A stretch of DNA of 64,000 bases, taken from contig CM082588.2 of assembly GCA_040954595.2 (NCBI GenBank), positions 6,646,202 through 6,710,201 on the forward strand, given 5' to 3'. The stretch comes from Balanoglossus misakiensis. Taxonomy: Eukaryota > Animalia > Hemichordata. Below are positions 16,401 through 29,108 of this stretch, in pieces (the first letter of the stretch is position 1; each line of letters starts with the position of its first letter). The notes beneath the pieces were generated by a model. The model saw only the letters and a list, made by a program, of their open reading frames with translations, ran no database searches and had not been told where the DNA came from. The translations under genes and the position numbers were made by a program.

Positions 16401-17515
16401 TATCGTTGATGTTCACGACGCACGTGGGCTAGACAAATGTTTCTCCCGTCTACAAAAATTCTTAGCTGTCAATCATTTCAACGCGTTTCACATGTTGACT
16501 TCCAACCCGCACGTTTATTTCCTTCCTATGAGCTTGCACAATCATTTTGAGTCGCTTTTTCACGTGATATTTGCCGCTTCTCTGTTGATATTGTTGAACG
16601 CAAAGATGTCGTCAAAAGACGCTTGATTCTCCAATGAAGCCAACAAAAACCACATCAGCACGCGTTAACTGTGATGTTGCTGACACTAACTCGGGTGCTA
16701 ATGAGCATGCTTAGAAGTTCAAATTTGACAACTACACATCCATCCGACGGAGGGCGCTGTTTAGTGTTCGAATGCCCTCAGCGACCTACCTTATCACGGT
16801 CTTTTGTTTTTATTATGAGGTCTCTGTAAGCAACAATTTTAGTCTATACCCAATTTTTCACAGCATATGCGTACAGTGTACGCAATTAAAAAAAAACTAA
16901 CGGAAACACTGAAAGTTGTGACAATTTCATTTCTGTCATTTTGGTGTATTTGTCTTCATGAACCTTTTTTTGTTTGTTTATACAGCACTTCACCAAGTCC
17001 AACTGACCGTGTCGTCTTCAAGTTCAATGGAGCAGTTGAGTTGAAGGTACGTCACTCATTACTCTCATTTAGGATTCAGTCAGTCAGATGCATTGATGGC
17101 AGACAATCGTGTTCATGTTGACTCGTTAGATAATTTTTTATGATCTTCATTAGGGGCAGTTGTCCATATTATTCAGTGCAACATCAAAAACGTTGCACAG
17201 GACAAGCCCTTTCAAGCAATTGGCCATGTTCATGACTCGAACATAATTGTCTTGCCATAAGAGTAGCTAGTGCTGGTTAGTCCAAAGCAGTTTATCAGTT
17301 GATTTGTTCACGGATCATCCTCCTTATTCGTGAGTGTGTGTGTGTGTGTTATTGATTAATAAAATAAAGAGAATGTTTGCTTGTTTGTTTTCAAACAGGG
17401 TCTTATTTGTTTTTAACTGGTTAGGGTCAGGATCACTTTGCCCCCCCCCCCCCCCCCCCCCATCACTCCCTATTTGTACATATTTATAAATTTGTATCAG
17501 GAATTTTTAGCTCCA

Positions 17516-17690
17516 TCTGTGGCTGTTGCGAGGTTGTCTGGATAACCATATGAAGTAACAGTCTTGGTGCATGGTCTTATATTGGACCATCCCCAGAGGT
17601 CAGGTGTACTGATCTCTGTGGCTGTTGCGAGGGTTGTCTGGATAGCTAAATGAAGTAACAGTGGTCTTATATTGGACCGACCCCAGATGT
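17516..17690. repeat. Two-copy ~100-bp tandem duplication
   Basis: CTGTGGCTGTTGCGAGG...GGTCTTATATTGGACC is repeated. Confidence 0.75.
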
Positions 17691-17832
17691 GTAAAGTAGT
17701 TGTACTCTCCTAAACTGATAGTGTTTAAACATGTAGTAATATTCATGCAGGCTCCCTGATAATATTAGATATTTGATTAAATTTCAACAGACGTAGATTT
17801 CATCAATGTTATGGTAATTTGTCACACACAAA

Positions 17833-18481
17833 ACGAGCTATCAGAAAGAAAACAGGGTGTTCATTGTCTTTTTCCATTAATTTCTTCTTCTGGAGTTCAC
17901 AAAAATTTGGCGGCCATTTTGAATTACCAATTTGAGACTAGTCATCTTAAAGATTGTCAGGATCACCAAAAAGAGAGAGCAGCCAATTCTTAAATATTGC
18001 AAGTTTTCTTTATTTACATAATACGAGCTAGCAAGTCGCATAAAATTAGAAAGAAAACAGGGTGTTCATTGTCTTTTTCCATTAATTTCTTCTTCTGGAG
18101 TTCAAACAAATTTGGCGGCCATTTTGAATTACCAATTTGAGACTAGTCATCTTAAAGATTGTCAGGATCACCATAAAGAGAGAGCAGCCAATTCTTAAAT
18201 ATTGCAAGTTTTCTTTATTCACATAATACGAGCTAGCAAGTCACATAAAATCAGAAAGAAAACGGTGTTCATTGTCTTTTTCCATTAATTTCTTCTTCTG
18301 GAGTTCACACAAATTTGGCGGCCATTTTGAATTTCAAATTTGAGACTAGTCATCTTAAAGATTGTCAGGATCACCATAAAGAGAGAGCAGCCAATTCTTA
18401 AATATTGCAAGTTTTCTTTATTCACATAATACGAGCTAGCAAGTCACATAAAATCAGAAAGAAAACAGGGTGTTCATTGTC
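17833..18481. repeat. ~208-bp tandem repeat, three copies plus a partial fourth
   Basis: AGAAAGAAAAC..GGTGTTCATTGTC recurs at ~17843, 18048, 18253 and 18456. Confidence 0.92.
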
Positions 18482-18813
18482 GCGTAAAAAGTCTTGCTTG
18501 AGATAACTTCAGTTAAAACACACTCTCTCTTACGAATGTAATTTTAATTAATAAGTCATTGCCTATTTAACTACGTTCAAAATGTAATGAAATGACAATA
18601 ATAGAAATAGGCAGTCTAGAATGTGTGCATGTATAATCCACAGATTTAAAATTTAGAAATATTGTATGCTTGATAGATTCCAAAACTGCATTAAATCTTA
18701 ATTGATGTGTACAACCTCCCTGCACCTAAGGACAAAAAGAAAATTTGATTAGGAGAATAACGTAACATTAAAATTAATATGAGGGATAACTGAGCAATGT
18801 AATTGTGTGTTTG

Positions 18814-18974
18814 TCTTACTTCGGTTGAGCAAACTTCAATTTTTTTTTACAAGTGCATTACGGGCATCCTAATCTATGCAAGATCTTTTGCATCTGAAAA
18901 GATCTTGCATAGATTATGATGCCCATAATGCACTTGTAAAAAAAAATTTTCACCTTAGCTCAACCGAAGTAAGA
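18814..18974. repeat. ~160-bp near-perfect palindrome
   Basis: TCTTACTTCGGTTGAGC...TACAAGTGCATTA...ATCTATGCAAGATCTTTT, then a short loop, then AAAAGATCTTGCATAGAT...TAATGCACTTGTA...GCTCAACCGAAGTAAGA. Confidence 0.92.
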
Positions 18975-19159
18975 GTTGTGCTAGAGATTTATTAGTCTTT
19001 GCTGTACACTCATGGGGAGGTTAGGGTGGGGGCTAGGGATGGCATATAAAAAGCCAAAAAAAAAAACTAAGTCAGAAACGCTAAAAATTTGAAATTTGTC
19101 TATACCTCCACGTTGGGGCATATACAAGTTTCAAAAATTTTCTAAGTTTTCTTTGACTT

Positions 19160-19430
19160 AGAAAATTTTTGAAACTTGTGTATGCCCCCTACATAACTTG
19201 CATTTTCTAACACTTGCCTTGTCTTTTCAGATCCCGGCTGGACTCCACTTCTTTCGATTGGTCATCAACCATTCAACAGATAGACCTGAAACGACAAGTG
19301 AATACGAGTTAAATTTCAATATTCAATATTTCAATATTTCAAAATTTGTCATGATTTACTAGAAAATTAAATAAAATACAATAAATTTCAATCCTTGGTG
19401 TCTGCTTTTTTGTAAAAAAAAAAAAACACT
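19160..19430. repeat. ~270-bp direct repeat, left copy (right copy ~22225-22485) bracketing the 48-bp array
   Basis: CTTGTCTTTTCAGATCCCGGCTGGACTCCACTTCTTTCGATTGGTCATCA...GACAAGTGAATACGAG...TTTCAATCCTTGGTGTCTGCTTTTTTGT is present at both sites. Confidence 0.9.
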
Positions 19431-22200
19431 ATACTTATTAAAAACACTTAGAAATTTTTCAGGCTTCACTCTATACTTATTAAAAACACTTAGAAATTTT
19501 TCAGGCTATCACTCTATACTTAGACATTAAAAAACACTTAGAAATTTTTCAGGCTATCACTCTATACTTATTAAAAACACTTAGAAATTTTTCAGGCTAT
19601 CACTCTATACTTAGACATTAAAAAACACTTAGAAATTTTTCAGGCTATCACTCTATACTTAGACATTAAAAAACACTTAGAAATTTTTCAGGCTTCACTC
19701 TATACTTATTAAAAACACTTAGAAATTTTTCAGGCTATCACTCTATACTTAGACATTAAAAAACACTTAGAAATTTTTCAGGCTATCACTCTATACTTAG
19801 ACATTAAAAACACTTAGAAATTTTTCAGGCTTTACTCAATACTTAGACATTAAAAAACACTTAGAAATTTTTCAAGCTATCACTCTATACTTAGACATTA
19901 AAAAACACTTAGAAATTTTCAAGCTATCACTCTATACTTAGACATTAAAAAACACTTAGAAATTTTTCAGGCTATCACTCTATACTTAGACATTAAAAAA
20001 CACTTAGAAATTTTTCAGGCTATCACTCTATACTTTGACATTAAAAAACACTTAGAAATTTTTCAGGCTATCACTCTATACTTATTAAAAACACTTAGAA
20101 ATTTTTCAGGCTATCACTCTATACTTGACATTAAAAAACACTTAGAAATTTTTCAGGCTATCACTCTATACTTAGACATTAAAAACACTTAGAAATTTTT
20201 CAGGCTATCACTCTATACTTTGACATTAAAAAACACTTAGAAATTTTTCAGGCTATCACTCTATACTTATTAAAAACACTTAGAAATTTTTCAGGCTATC
20301 ACTCTATACTTGACATTAAAAAACACTTAGAAATTTTTCAGGCTATCACTCTATACTTAGACATTAAAAAACACTTAGAAATTTTTCAGGCTTCACTCTA
20401 TACTTAGACATTAAAAACACTTAGAAATTTTTCAGGCTATCACTCTATAATTAGACATTAAAAAACACTTAGAAATTTTCCAGGCTATCACTCTATACTT
20501 AGACATTAAAAAACACTTAGAAATTTTTCAGGCTATCACTCTATACTTAGACATTAAAAAACACTTAGAAATTTTTCAGGCTATCACTCTATACTTTGAC
20601 ATTAAAAAACACTTAGAAATTTTTCAGGCTATCACTCTATACTTATTAAAAACACTTAGAAATTTTTCAGGCTATCACTCTATACTTGACATTAAAAAAC
20701 ACTTAGAAATTTTTCAGGCTATCACTCTATACTTAGACATTAAACAACACTTAGAAATTTTTCAGGCTTCACTCTATACTTAGACATTAAAAACACTTAG
20801 AAATTTTTCAGGCTATCACTCTATAATTAGACATTAAAAAACACTTAGAAATTTTCCAGGCTATCACTCTATACTTAGACATTAAAAAACACTTAGAAAT
20901 TTTTCAGGCTATCACTCTATACTTAGACATTAAAAACACTTAGAAATTTTTCAGGCTTTACTCAATACTTAGACATTAAAAAACACTTAGAAATTTTTCA
21001 AGCTATCACTCTATACTTGACATTAAAAAACACTTAGAAATTTTCAAGCTATCACTCTATACTTAGACATTAAAAAACACTTAGAAATTTTTCAGGCTAT
21101 CACTCTATACTTAGACATTAAAAAACACTTAGAAATTTTTCAGGCTATCACTCTATACTTTGACATTAAAAAACACTTAGAAATTTTTCAGGCTATCACT
21201 CTATACTTATTAAAAACACTTAGAAATTTTTCAGGCTATCACTCTATACTTGACATTAAAAAACACTTAGAAATTTTTCAGGCTATCACTCTATACTTAG
21301 ACATTAAAAAACACTTAGAAATTTTTCAGGCTTCACTCTATACTTAGACATTAAAAACACTTAGAAATTTTTCAGGCTATCACTCTATAATTAGACATTA
21401 AAAAACACTTAGAAATTTTCCAGGCTATCACTCTATACTTAGACATTAAAAAACACTTAGAAATTTTTCAGGCTATCACTCTATACTTAGACATTAAAAA
21501 CACTTAGAAATTTTTCAGGCTTTACTCAATACTTAGACATTAAAAAACACTTAGAAATTTTTCAAGCTATCACTCTATACTTGACATTAAAAAACACTTA
21601 GAAATTTTTCAGGCTATCACTCTATACTTAGACATTAAAAAACACTTAGAAATTTTTCAGGCTTCACTCTATACTTAGACATTAAAAACACTTAGAAATT
21701 TTTCAGGCTATCACTCTATAATTAGACATTAAAAAACACTTAGAAATTTTCCAGGCTATCACTCTATACTTAGACATTAAAAAACACTTAGAAATTTTTC
21801 AGGCTATCACTCTATACTTAGACATTAAAAACACTTAGAAATTTTTCAGGCTTTACTCAATACTTAGACATTAAAAAACACTTAGAAATTTTTCAAGCTA
21901 TCACTCTATACTTAGACATTAAAAAACACTTAGAAATTTTTCAAGCTATCACTCTATACTTAGACATTAAAAAACACTTAGAAATTTTTCAAGCTATCAC
22001 TCTATACTTTGACATTAAAAAAACTTAGAAATTGTTCAGGCTTTACTCTATACTTTGACATTAAAAAACACTTAGACATTTTTCAGGCTTTACTCTATAC
22101 TTTAACATTAAAAAAAAATTAGACATTTTTCAAGCTATCACTCTATACTTTCGCTTTAGGAAAAAACTTGGAAATGTTTCAAGCTTTACTCTATACTTAA
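19430..22200. repeat. 43-48-bp minisatellite array (roughly 55-60 units)
   Basis: Consensus ACTTAGAAATTTTTCAGGCTATCACTCTATACTTAGACATTAAAAAAC, with recurring variant blocks. Confidence 0.97.
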
Positions 22201-22669
22201 ACAAAAATAACTTAAATTTTTTTTTTTTGAAATTTGTGCATGCCCCTCTATACTTGCATTTTCTAATACATACCTTGTCTTTTCAGATCCCGGCTGGACT
22301 CCACTTCTTTCGATTGGTCATCACCGTCATCAACCATTCAACAGATAGACCTGAAAACGACAAGTGAATACGAGTGAAATTTCAATACTTTGGTTTTGTC
22401 ATGATTTAGTAGAAAATGAAATAAAATACAACAAAATAAATTTCAATCCTTGGTGTCTGCTTTTTTGTAAAAAAAAAAAACACTTAGAAAATTTTCAGGC
22501 TTTACTCTATACTTTGACATTAAAAAAAACTCATACATTTTTATGAATTTACTCTATACTTGCATTAAAAAAAAACTTAGAATATTTTTCAGAATTTACT
22601 CTATTCTTTCATTCAAAAAAAAGCTTAGAATATTTTTCAGAATTTACTCTATACCTGCATTAAAAAAAA

Positions 22670-25600
22670 CAAAGTTTGCAAGGTCAAGTATTTGTCATCT
22701 TTTGACAATTTTTATTAGCTATAACCCATGAAAAATGTCCCAAAGTGACAAAATCACCAAAGTTTCCTAAGTCAGGTATTTGTCATCTTTTGACAACTTT
22801 CATGAGCTATAACCCATGAATAATGTCCAACAATGACAAAATCACCATAGTTTGCAAAGTCAAGATTTTGTCATGTTGGGACAATTTTCATGAGCTATAA
22901 CCCATGAAAAAAGTCCCAACAATGACAAAATCACCAAAGTTTGCAAAGTCAAGATTTTGTCATCTTTCGACAATTTTCATGAGCTATAACCCATGAAAAA
23001 TGTCCAACAATGACAAAATCACCAAGTTTGCAAAGTCTAGATTTTGTCATCTTTCGACAATTTTCATGAGCTATAACCCATGAAAAATGTCCCTACATGA
23101 CAAAATCACCAAAGTTTGCAAAGTCAAGATTTTGTCATCTTTTGACAATTTTCATGAGCTATAACCCATGAAAAATGTCCAACAATGACAAAATCACCAA
23201 AGTTTGCAAAGTCAAGATTTTGTCATCTTTTGACAATTTTCATGAGCTATAACCCATGAAAAATGTCCAACAATGACAAAATCACCATAGTTTGCAAAGT
23301 CAAGATTTTGTCATGTTGGGACAATTTTCATTAGCTATAACCCATGAAAAAAGTCCCAACATGACAAAATCACCAAAGTTTGCAAAGTCAAGTATTTGTC
23401 ATCTTTCGACAATTTTCATGAGCTATAACCCATGAAAAATGTCCCTACATGACAAAATCACCAAAGTTTGCAAAGTCAAGTATTTGTCATCTTTCGACAA
23501 TTTTCATGAGCTATAACCCATGAAAAATGTCCCTACATGACAAAATCACCATATTTTGCAAAGTCAAGTATTTGTCATCTTTCGACAATTTTCATGAGCT
23601 ATAACCCATGAAAAATGTCCCAACATGACAAAATAACCAAAGTTTGCAAAGTCAAGATTTTGTCATCTTTCGACAATTTTCATGAGCTATAACCCATGAA
23701 AAATGTCCAACAATGACAAAATCACCATAGTTTGCAAAGTCAAGATTTTGTCATGTTGGGACAATTTTCATGAGCTATAACCCATGAAAAATGTCCCTAC
23801 ATGACAAAATCACCATATTTTGCAAAGTCAAGTATTTGTCATCTTTCGACAATTTTCATGAGCTATAACCCATGAAAAATGTCCCAACATGACAAAATAA
23901 CCAAAGTTTGCAAAGTCAAGATTTTGTCATCTTTCGACAATTTTCATGAGCTATAACCCATGAAAAATGTCCAACAATGACAAAATCACCATAGTTTGCA
24001 AAGTCAAGATTTTGTCATGTTGGGACAATTTTCATGAGCTATAACCCATGAAAAATGTCCCAACATGACAAAATAACCAAAGTTTGCAAAGTCAAGTATT
24101 TGTCATCTTTCGACAATTTTCATGAGCTATAACCCATGAAAAATGTCCCAACATGACAAAATCACCAAAGTTTGCAAAGTCAAGTATTTGTCATCTTTCG
24201 ACAATTTTCATGAGCTATAACCCATGAAAAATGTCCAACAATGACAAAATCACCATAGTTTGCAAAGTCAAGATTTTGTCATGTTGGGACAATTTTCATG
24301 AGCTATAACCCATGAAAAATGTCCCAACATGACAAAATAACCAAAGTTTGCAAAGTCAAGTATTTGTCATCTTTCGACAATTTTCATGAGCTATAACCCA
24401 TGAAAAATGTCCAACAATGACAAAATCACCATAGTTTGCAAAGTCAAGAGTTTGTCATGTTGGGACAATTTTCATGAGCTATAACCCATGAAAAATGTCC
24501 CAACATGACAAAATCACCAAAGTTTGCAAAGTCAAGTATTTGTCATCTTTCGACAATTTTCATGAGCTATATATAACCCATGAAAAATGTCCAACAACGA
24601 CAAAATCACCATAGTTTGCAAAGTCAAGTATTTGTCATCTTTCGACAATTTTCATGAGCTATAACCCATGAATAATGTCCCAACATGACAAAATCACCAA
24701 AGATTCCTAAGTCAAGATTTTGTCATCTTTCGACAATTTTCATGAGCTATAACCCATGACAAAATCACCAAAGTTTGCAAAGTCAAGTATTTGTTATCTT
24801 TTGACAATTTTTATTAGGTATAACCAATGAAAAGTGTCCCAACATGACAAAATCACCAAAGTTTGCAAAGTCAAGTATTTGTCATTTTTTGACAATTTTC
24901 ATGAGCTATAACCCATGAAAAGTGTTCCAACATGACAAAATCACCAAAGTTTGCAAAGTCTAGATTTTGTCATCTTTCGACAATTTTCATGAGCTATAAC
25001 CCATGAAAAATGTCCCTACATGACAAAATCACCAAAGTTTGCAAAGTCAAGATTTTGTCATCTTTTGACAATTTTCATGAGCTATAACCCATGAAAAATG
25101 TCCAACAATGACAAAATCACCAAAGTTTGCAAAGTCAAGATTTTGTCATCTTTTGACAATTTTCATGAGCTATAACCCATGAAAAATGTCCAACAATGAC
25201 AAAATCACCATAGTTTGCAAAGTCAAGATTTTGTCATGTTGGGACAATTTTCATTAGCTATAACCCATGAAAAAAGTCCCAACATGACAAAATCACCAAA
25301 GTTTGCAAAGTCAAGTATTTGTCATCTTTCGACAATTTTCATGAGCTATAACCCATGAAAAATGTCCCTACATGACAAAATCACCAAAGTTTGCAAAGTC
25401 AAGTATTTGTCATCTTTCGACAATTTTCATGAGCTATAACCCATGAAAAATGTCCCTACATGACAAAATCACCATAGTTTGCAAAGTCAAGTATTTGTCA
25501 TCTTTCGACAATTTTCATGAGCTATAACCCATGAAAAATGTCCCAACATGACAAAATAACCAAAGTTTGCAAAGTCAAGATTTTGTCATCTTTCGACAAT

Positions 25601-26332
25601 TTTCATGAGCTATAACCCATGAAAAATGTCCAACAATGACAAAATCACCATAGTTTGCAAAGTCAAGATTTTGTCATGTTGGGACAATTTTCATGAGCTA
25701 TAACCCATGAAAAATGTCCCAACATGACAAAATAACCAAAGTTTGCAAAGTCAAGTATTTGTCATCTTTCGACAATTTTCATGAGCTATAACCCATGAAA
25801 AATGTCCCAACATGACAAAATCACCAAAGTTTGCAAAGTCAAGTATTTGTCATCTTTCGACAATTTTCATGAGCTATAACCCATGAAAAATGTCCAACAA
25901 TGACAAAATCACCATAGTTTGCAAAGTCAAGATTTTGTCATGTTGGGACAATTTTCATGAGCTATAACCCATGAAAAATGTCCCAACATGACAAAATAAC
26001 CAAAGTTTGCAAAGTCAAGTATTTGTCATCTTTCGACAATTTTCATGAGCTATAACCCATGAAAAATGTCCAACAATGACAAAATCACCATAGTTTGCAA
26101 AGTCAAGAGTTTGTCATGTTGGGACAATTTTCATGAGCTATAACCCATGAAAAATGTCCCAACATGACAAAATCACCAAAGTTTGCAAAGTCAAGATTTT
26201 GTCATCTTTCGACAATTTTTATGAGCTATAACCCATGAAAAATGTCCAACAATGACAAAATCACCATAGTTTGCAAAGTCAAGATTATGTCATGTTGGGA
26301 CAATTTTCATGAGCTATACCCATGAAAAGTGT
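22670..26332. repeat. 88-bp tandem satellite (~41 units) made of two alternating dyad symmetries
   Basis: Consensus CATGACAAAATCACCAAAGTTTGCAAAGTCAAGATTTTGTCATCTTTCGACAATTTTCATGAGCTATAACCCATGAAAAATGTCCCAA. Confidence 0.97.
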
Positions 26333-29108
26333 TCTATTACGGTTACTGTACTGAAGCCCCATCGCGAAGCGATCGCCTTACGCACCTGTGACTATTATTG
26401 ACAACAATGAGAATATATATTGTATAAGCATGGTAAAATTTACTCTTGCTGCGCTAGCACTCGGGTCAAACCTGTTACATGTAAAGGAAAGGGATGGAAT
26501 CCGCTATACTATACCTTTAAGTGCAAGTGTTCCCTTGGGCGCCGCCATCTTGTTTTGTGATTTTGACGGCTTCATTTCGCATGTGGCAATGTCGCGTGAA
26601 TCCAGTCCAGTGATCCCTCACAAGTCCCACATTGATGCATTTCGACCACAAGGCGAACAAAGACGGTTGGAAATTCAATTGGAAAGTGTTAATAAACGCG
26701 TTTCAGGTCAAATCTCTCCACCATACCGCAGTACATGCGCCGCCATCTTGAAACACGCCACCTAGCGGGAGATTTATTAAATCTCTTGAAGTTGAAGCAT
26801 AAACTTCGTTAATACTACATAATTTCACTAGAAATTCTGTGGACATATGTTCTTGAACACACATTTACACATACACACACACATACATTACAAACCATGT
26901 TAGTATACAATAAAATATCAGAAACATTTTTGAAACTGCAGAAATTTATTTTTCTCACAATATTTCTACAGTGTTTTTGACAGCATGCTGAATGTACTTC
27001 AAAGAAACACTTATACTACCAGTACCAACAGTACTTTAAATCGAAGTTTTTTCAAACATTTACAACTTGTCTCGAGATATTGTTACACAAATTCAGTGAA
27101 CACTTCAAAGAATACAGTACCCCTTTCATACAAAAATATTTAAAATATACACATAACATTATACATAGTTCACTTGCAAAACAAAATACCAACAACAACA
27201 ATAACAAAACATACAGTGACAAACAGTTATACAACCAAAATAAAACTGACATTAATGAAATATTCACAGTGATGTTAGCCGATAGTTTACAATCAAATTG
27301 TACTAGAAAGTTTGAATCTATATGTATTTAAACATTTATCATCATCGCAGAAAATTCTACATGCAATACTGATGATACATGGTAAAAAAAAAGTACAAGT
27401 TTATTTGAATTGTATGCTGTTGGAAACATCAAGCCAAAGCTTTTGAAAGTCAAGTATCCACGATTCCAAACCTTTCTTGTTGCCTCAAAAATATCGGTAG
27501 AGAAATTACGCAATACTCTGCAAAAACTGTGATGTCTGGTGAGGAATTGTAAAAATCCACATGATTTTGAATGCTGATGAAAAATTCATTATCATTTGGC
27601 AAGAAATGTTCTGTTGTGTGGACAAAATCTTCATTCATGATCACAGCAGGTTGAGATTTCAATGTACCAGATAACTTCTTTCATTAAAGGGACTACCGGT
27701 AAGTCTCTCTCTCGCTGCCCTACTTTTCGCTAGTTGGACATGGAGAAGCCAGAGCAGCAATACAACATCTAAATATTTAAGTGGAATTTTCGAATACCTC
27801 ACAAAAGATGTTTTCCTGAATTCAATTAAAAGTCTCATTACAAGTTTATACACATCAAACTGAACCACTGCTCTCTGATCAGATTTCTTTTATATTTTAT
27901 TCTTTTAAGCTTTGTCAGACCGGCTTGCAACAACTATGTGCTAGCATAGATATACACATTACACATATTAACATGTATCTTATGACGTATACACATAACA
28001 ATATGGCACAATGATCAGATGATAAAACACATTCTTTTATAAATGCAACCACAGCTACAAGCCTGGTTCCAGAGGTAAAGTCTATTTTAAAACATTCTTT
28101 AAAATAAACAAAATCTTAACCTAGTGCCGTTGGCTGACCTATAAGTTTGAAATACATTTTATAAATATTGCTTTGGATAATTTTTGCGTAGTGTTTTGTG
28201 AAACATGCTTATATATTTTCAATATCAGATTATGGTCACCTCATGAGGATATCTTTTTTCATGCCTATTATTGTATTTTATTTGGAGCCAGTGTTTCATG
28301 CATGGAAACAGAGTGTATAACTGCAGTTAGGCAAATTGGCTCAAAGTGTAAGTATTAATAGGCTAAAGTAATTGGGGTTCGCTGTAGCTTATCTGAAGTT
28401 TAGACTATTAAACTATGGTCTACAAGCCACCTTGGACTGCAAAAATTCTCTATTGATGTCAATTCAAGGATTTTGCACAAATAAATTTCCTTGGATATCA
28501 TTTTCCTTGTTTTAGATCCTACGATGAAGGCAGTTTAATCGGTACTGAATGAAAACTAAGCGTTAATTAACACAATGTAAATATTTACGAGGAATCAAAC
28601 GTTGAAATTCTTTCAAAACTGAAAATGTGATACTTTGAAAATCAGGAAGATTCTCCAGAAATTTTTTTCCAGGCTGCAAACATTTGAAAGTAAAAGAAAA
28701 CCTCATCACTGTTGGCAAACGTGAACACACTATAAAATAAAACAAAATCAACCAGTATCTGCCATCCATGGCGCAGATGGCACTATTCAGTAAAATGACC
28801 TTCAAAAGCTGCTAAAAAAAGTACTGTGGAAAATTTATACCAAAAATGAAAATCAAAACCTCAACAAAAATAAAATATACAGGGTGTGTCACCCCAATTG
28901 TTTAAACTTACATCTACATTAAACGACAGTAAAACTTGACCAATGAAGGTTTTGTTAACAAGACATGGCCACTCACAAAGTGTTTAAAATTGTCCTCTTT
29001 GTGAATTACAGGTAGGAACATCTCACCACCATCATCATAACCGCCCTGACCAGATCATAATGGGCGGCCATTTTGAAAATGTTCACAGATGTCACAAGTA
29101 CAATTGCA

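Noticed and set aside
15061-16763. Possible old TTAA-type element with TIRs near 15061 and 16745-16763
   Set aside because: Only about 14/20 matches by eye and no intact right TSD; both ends could be CTCF-like motifs or chance.
19430-26332. CRISPR-like look of palindromic repeats with short intervening segments
   Set aside because: The intervening segments are repeated rather than unique spacers, there are no cas genes, and the context is eukaryotic.
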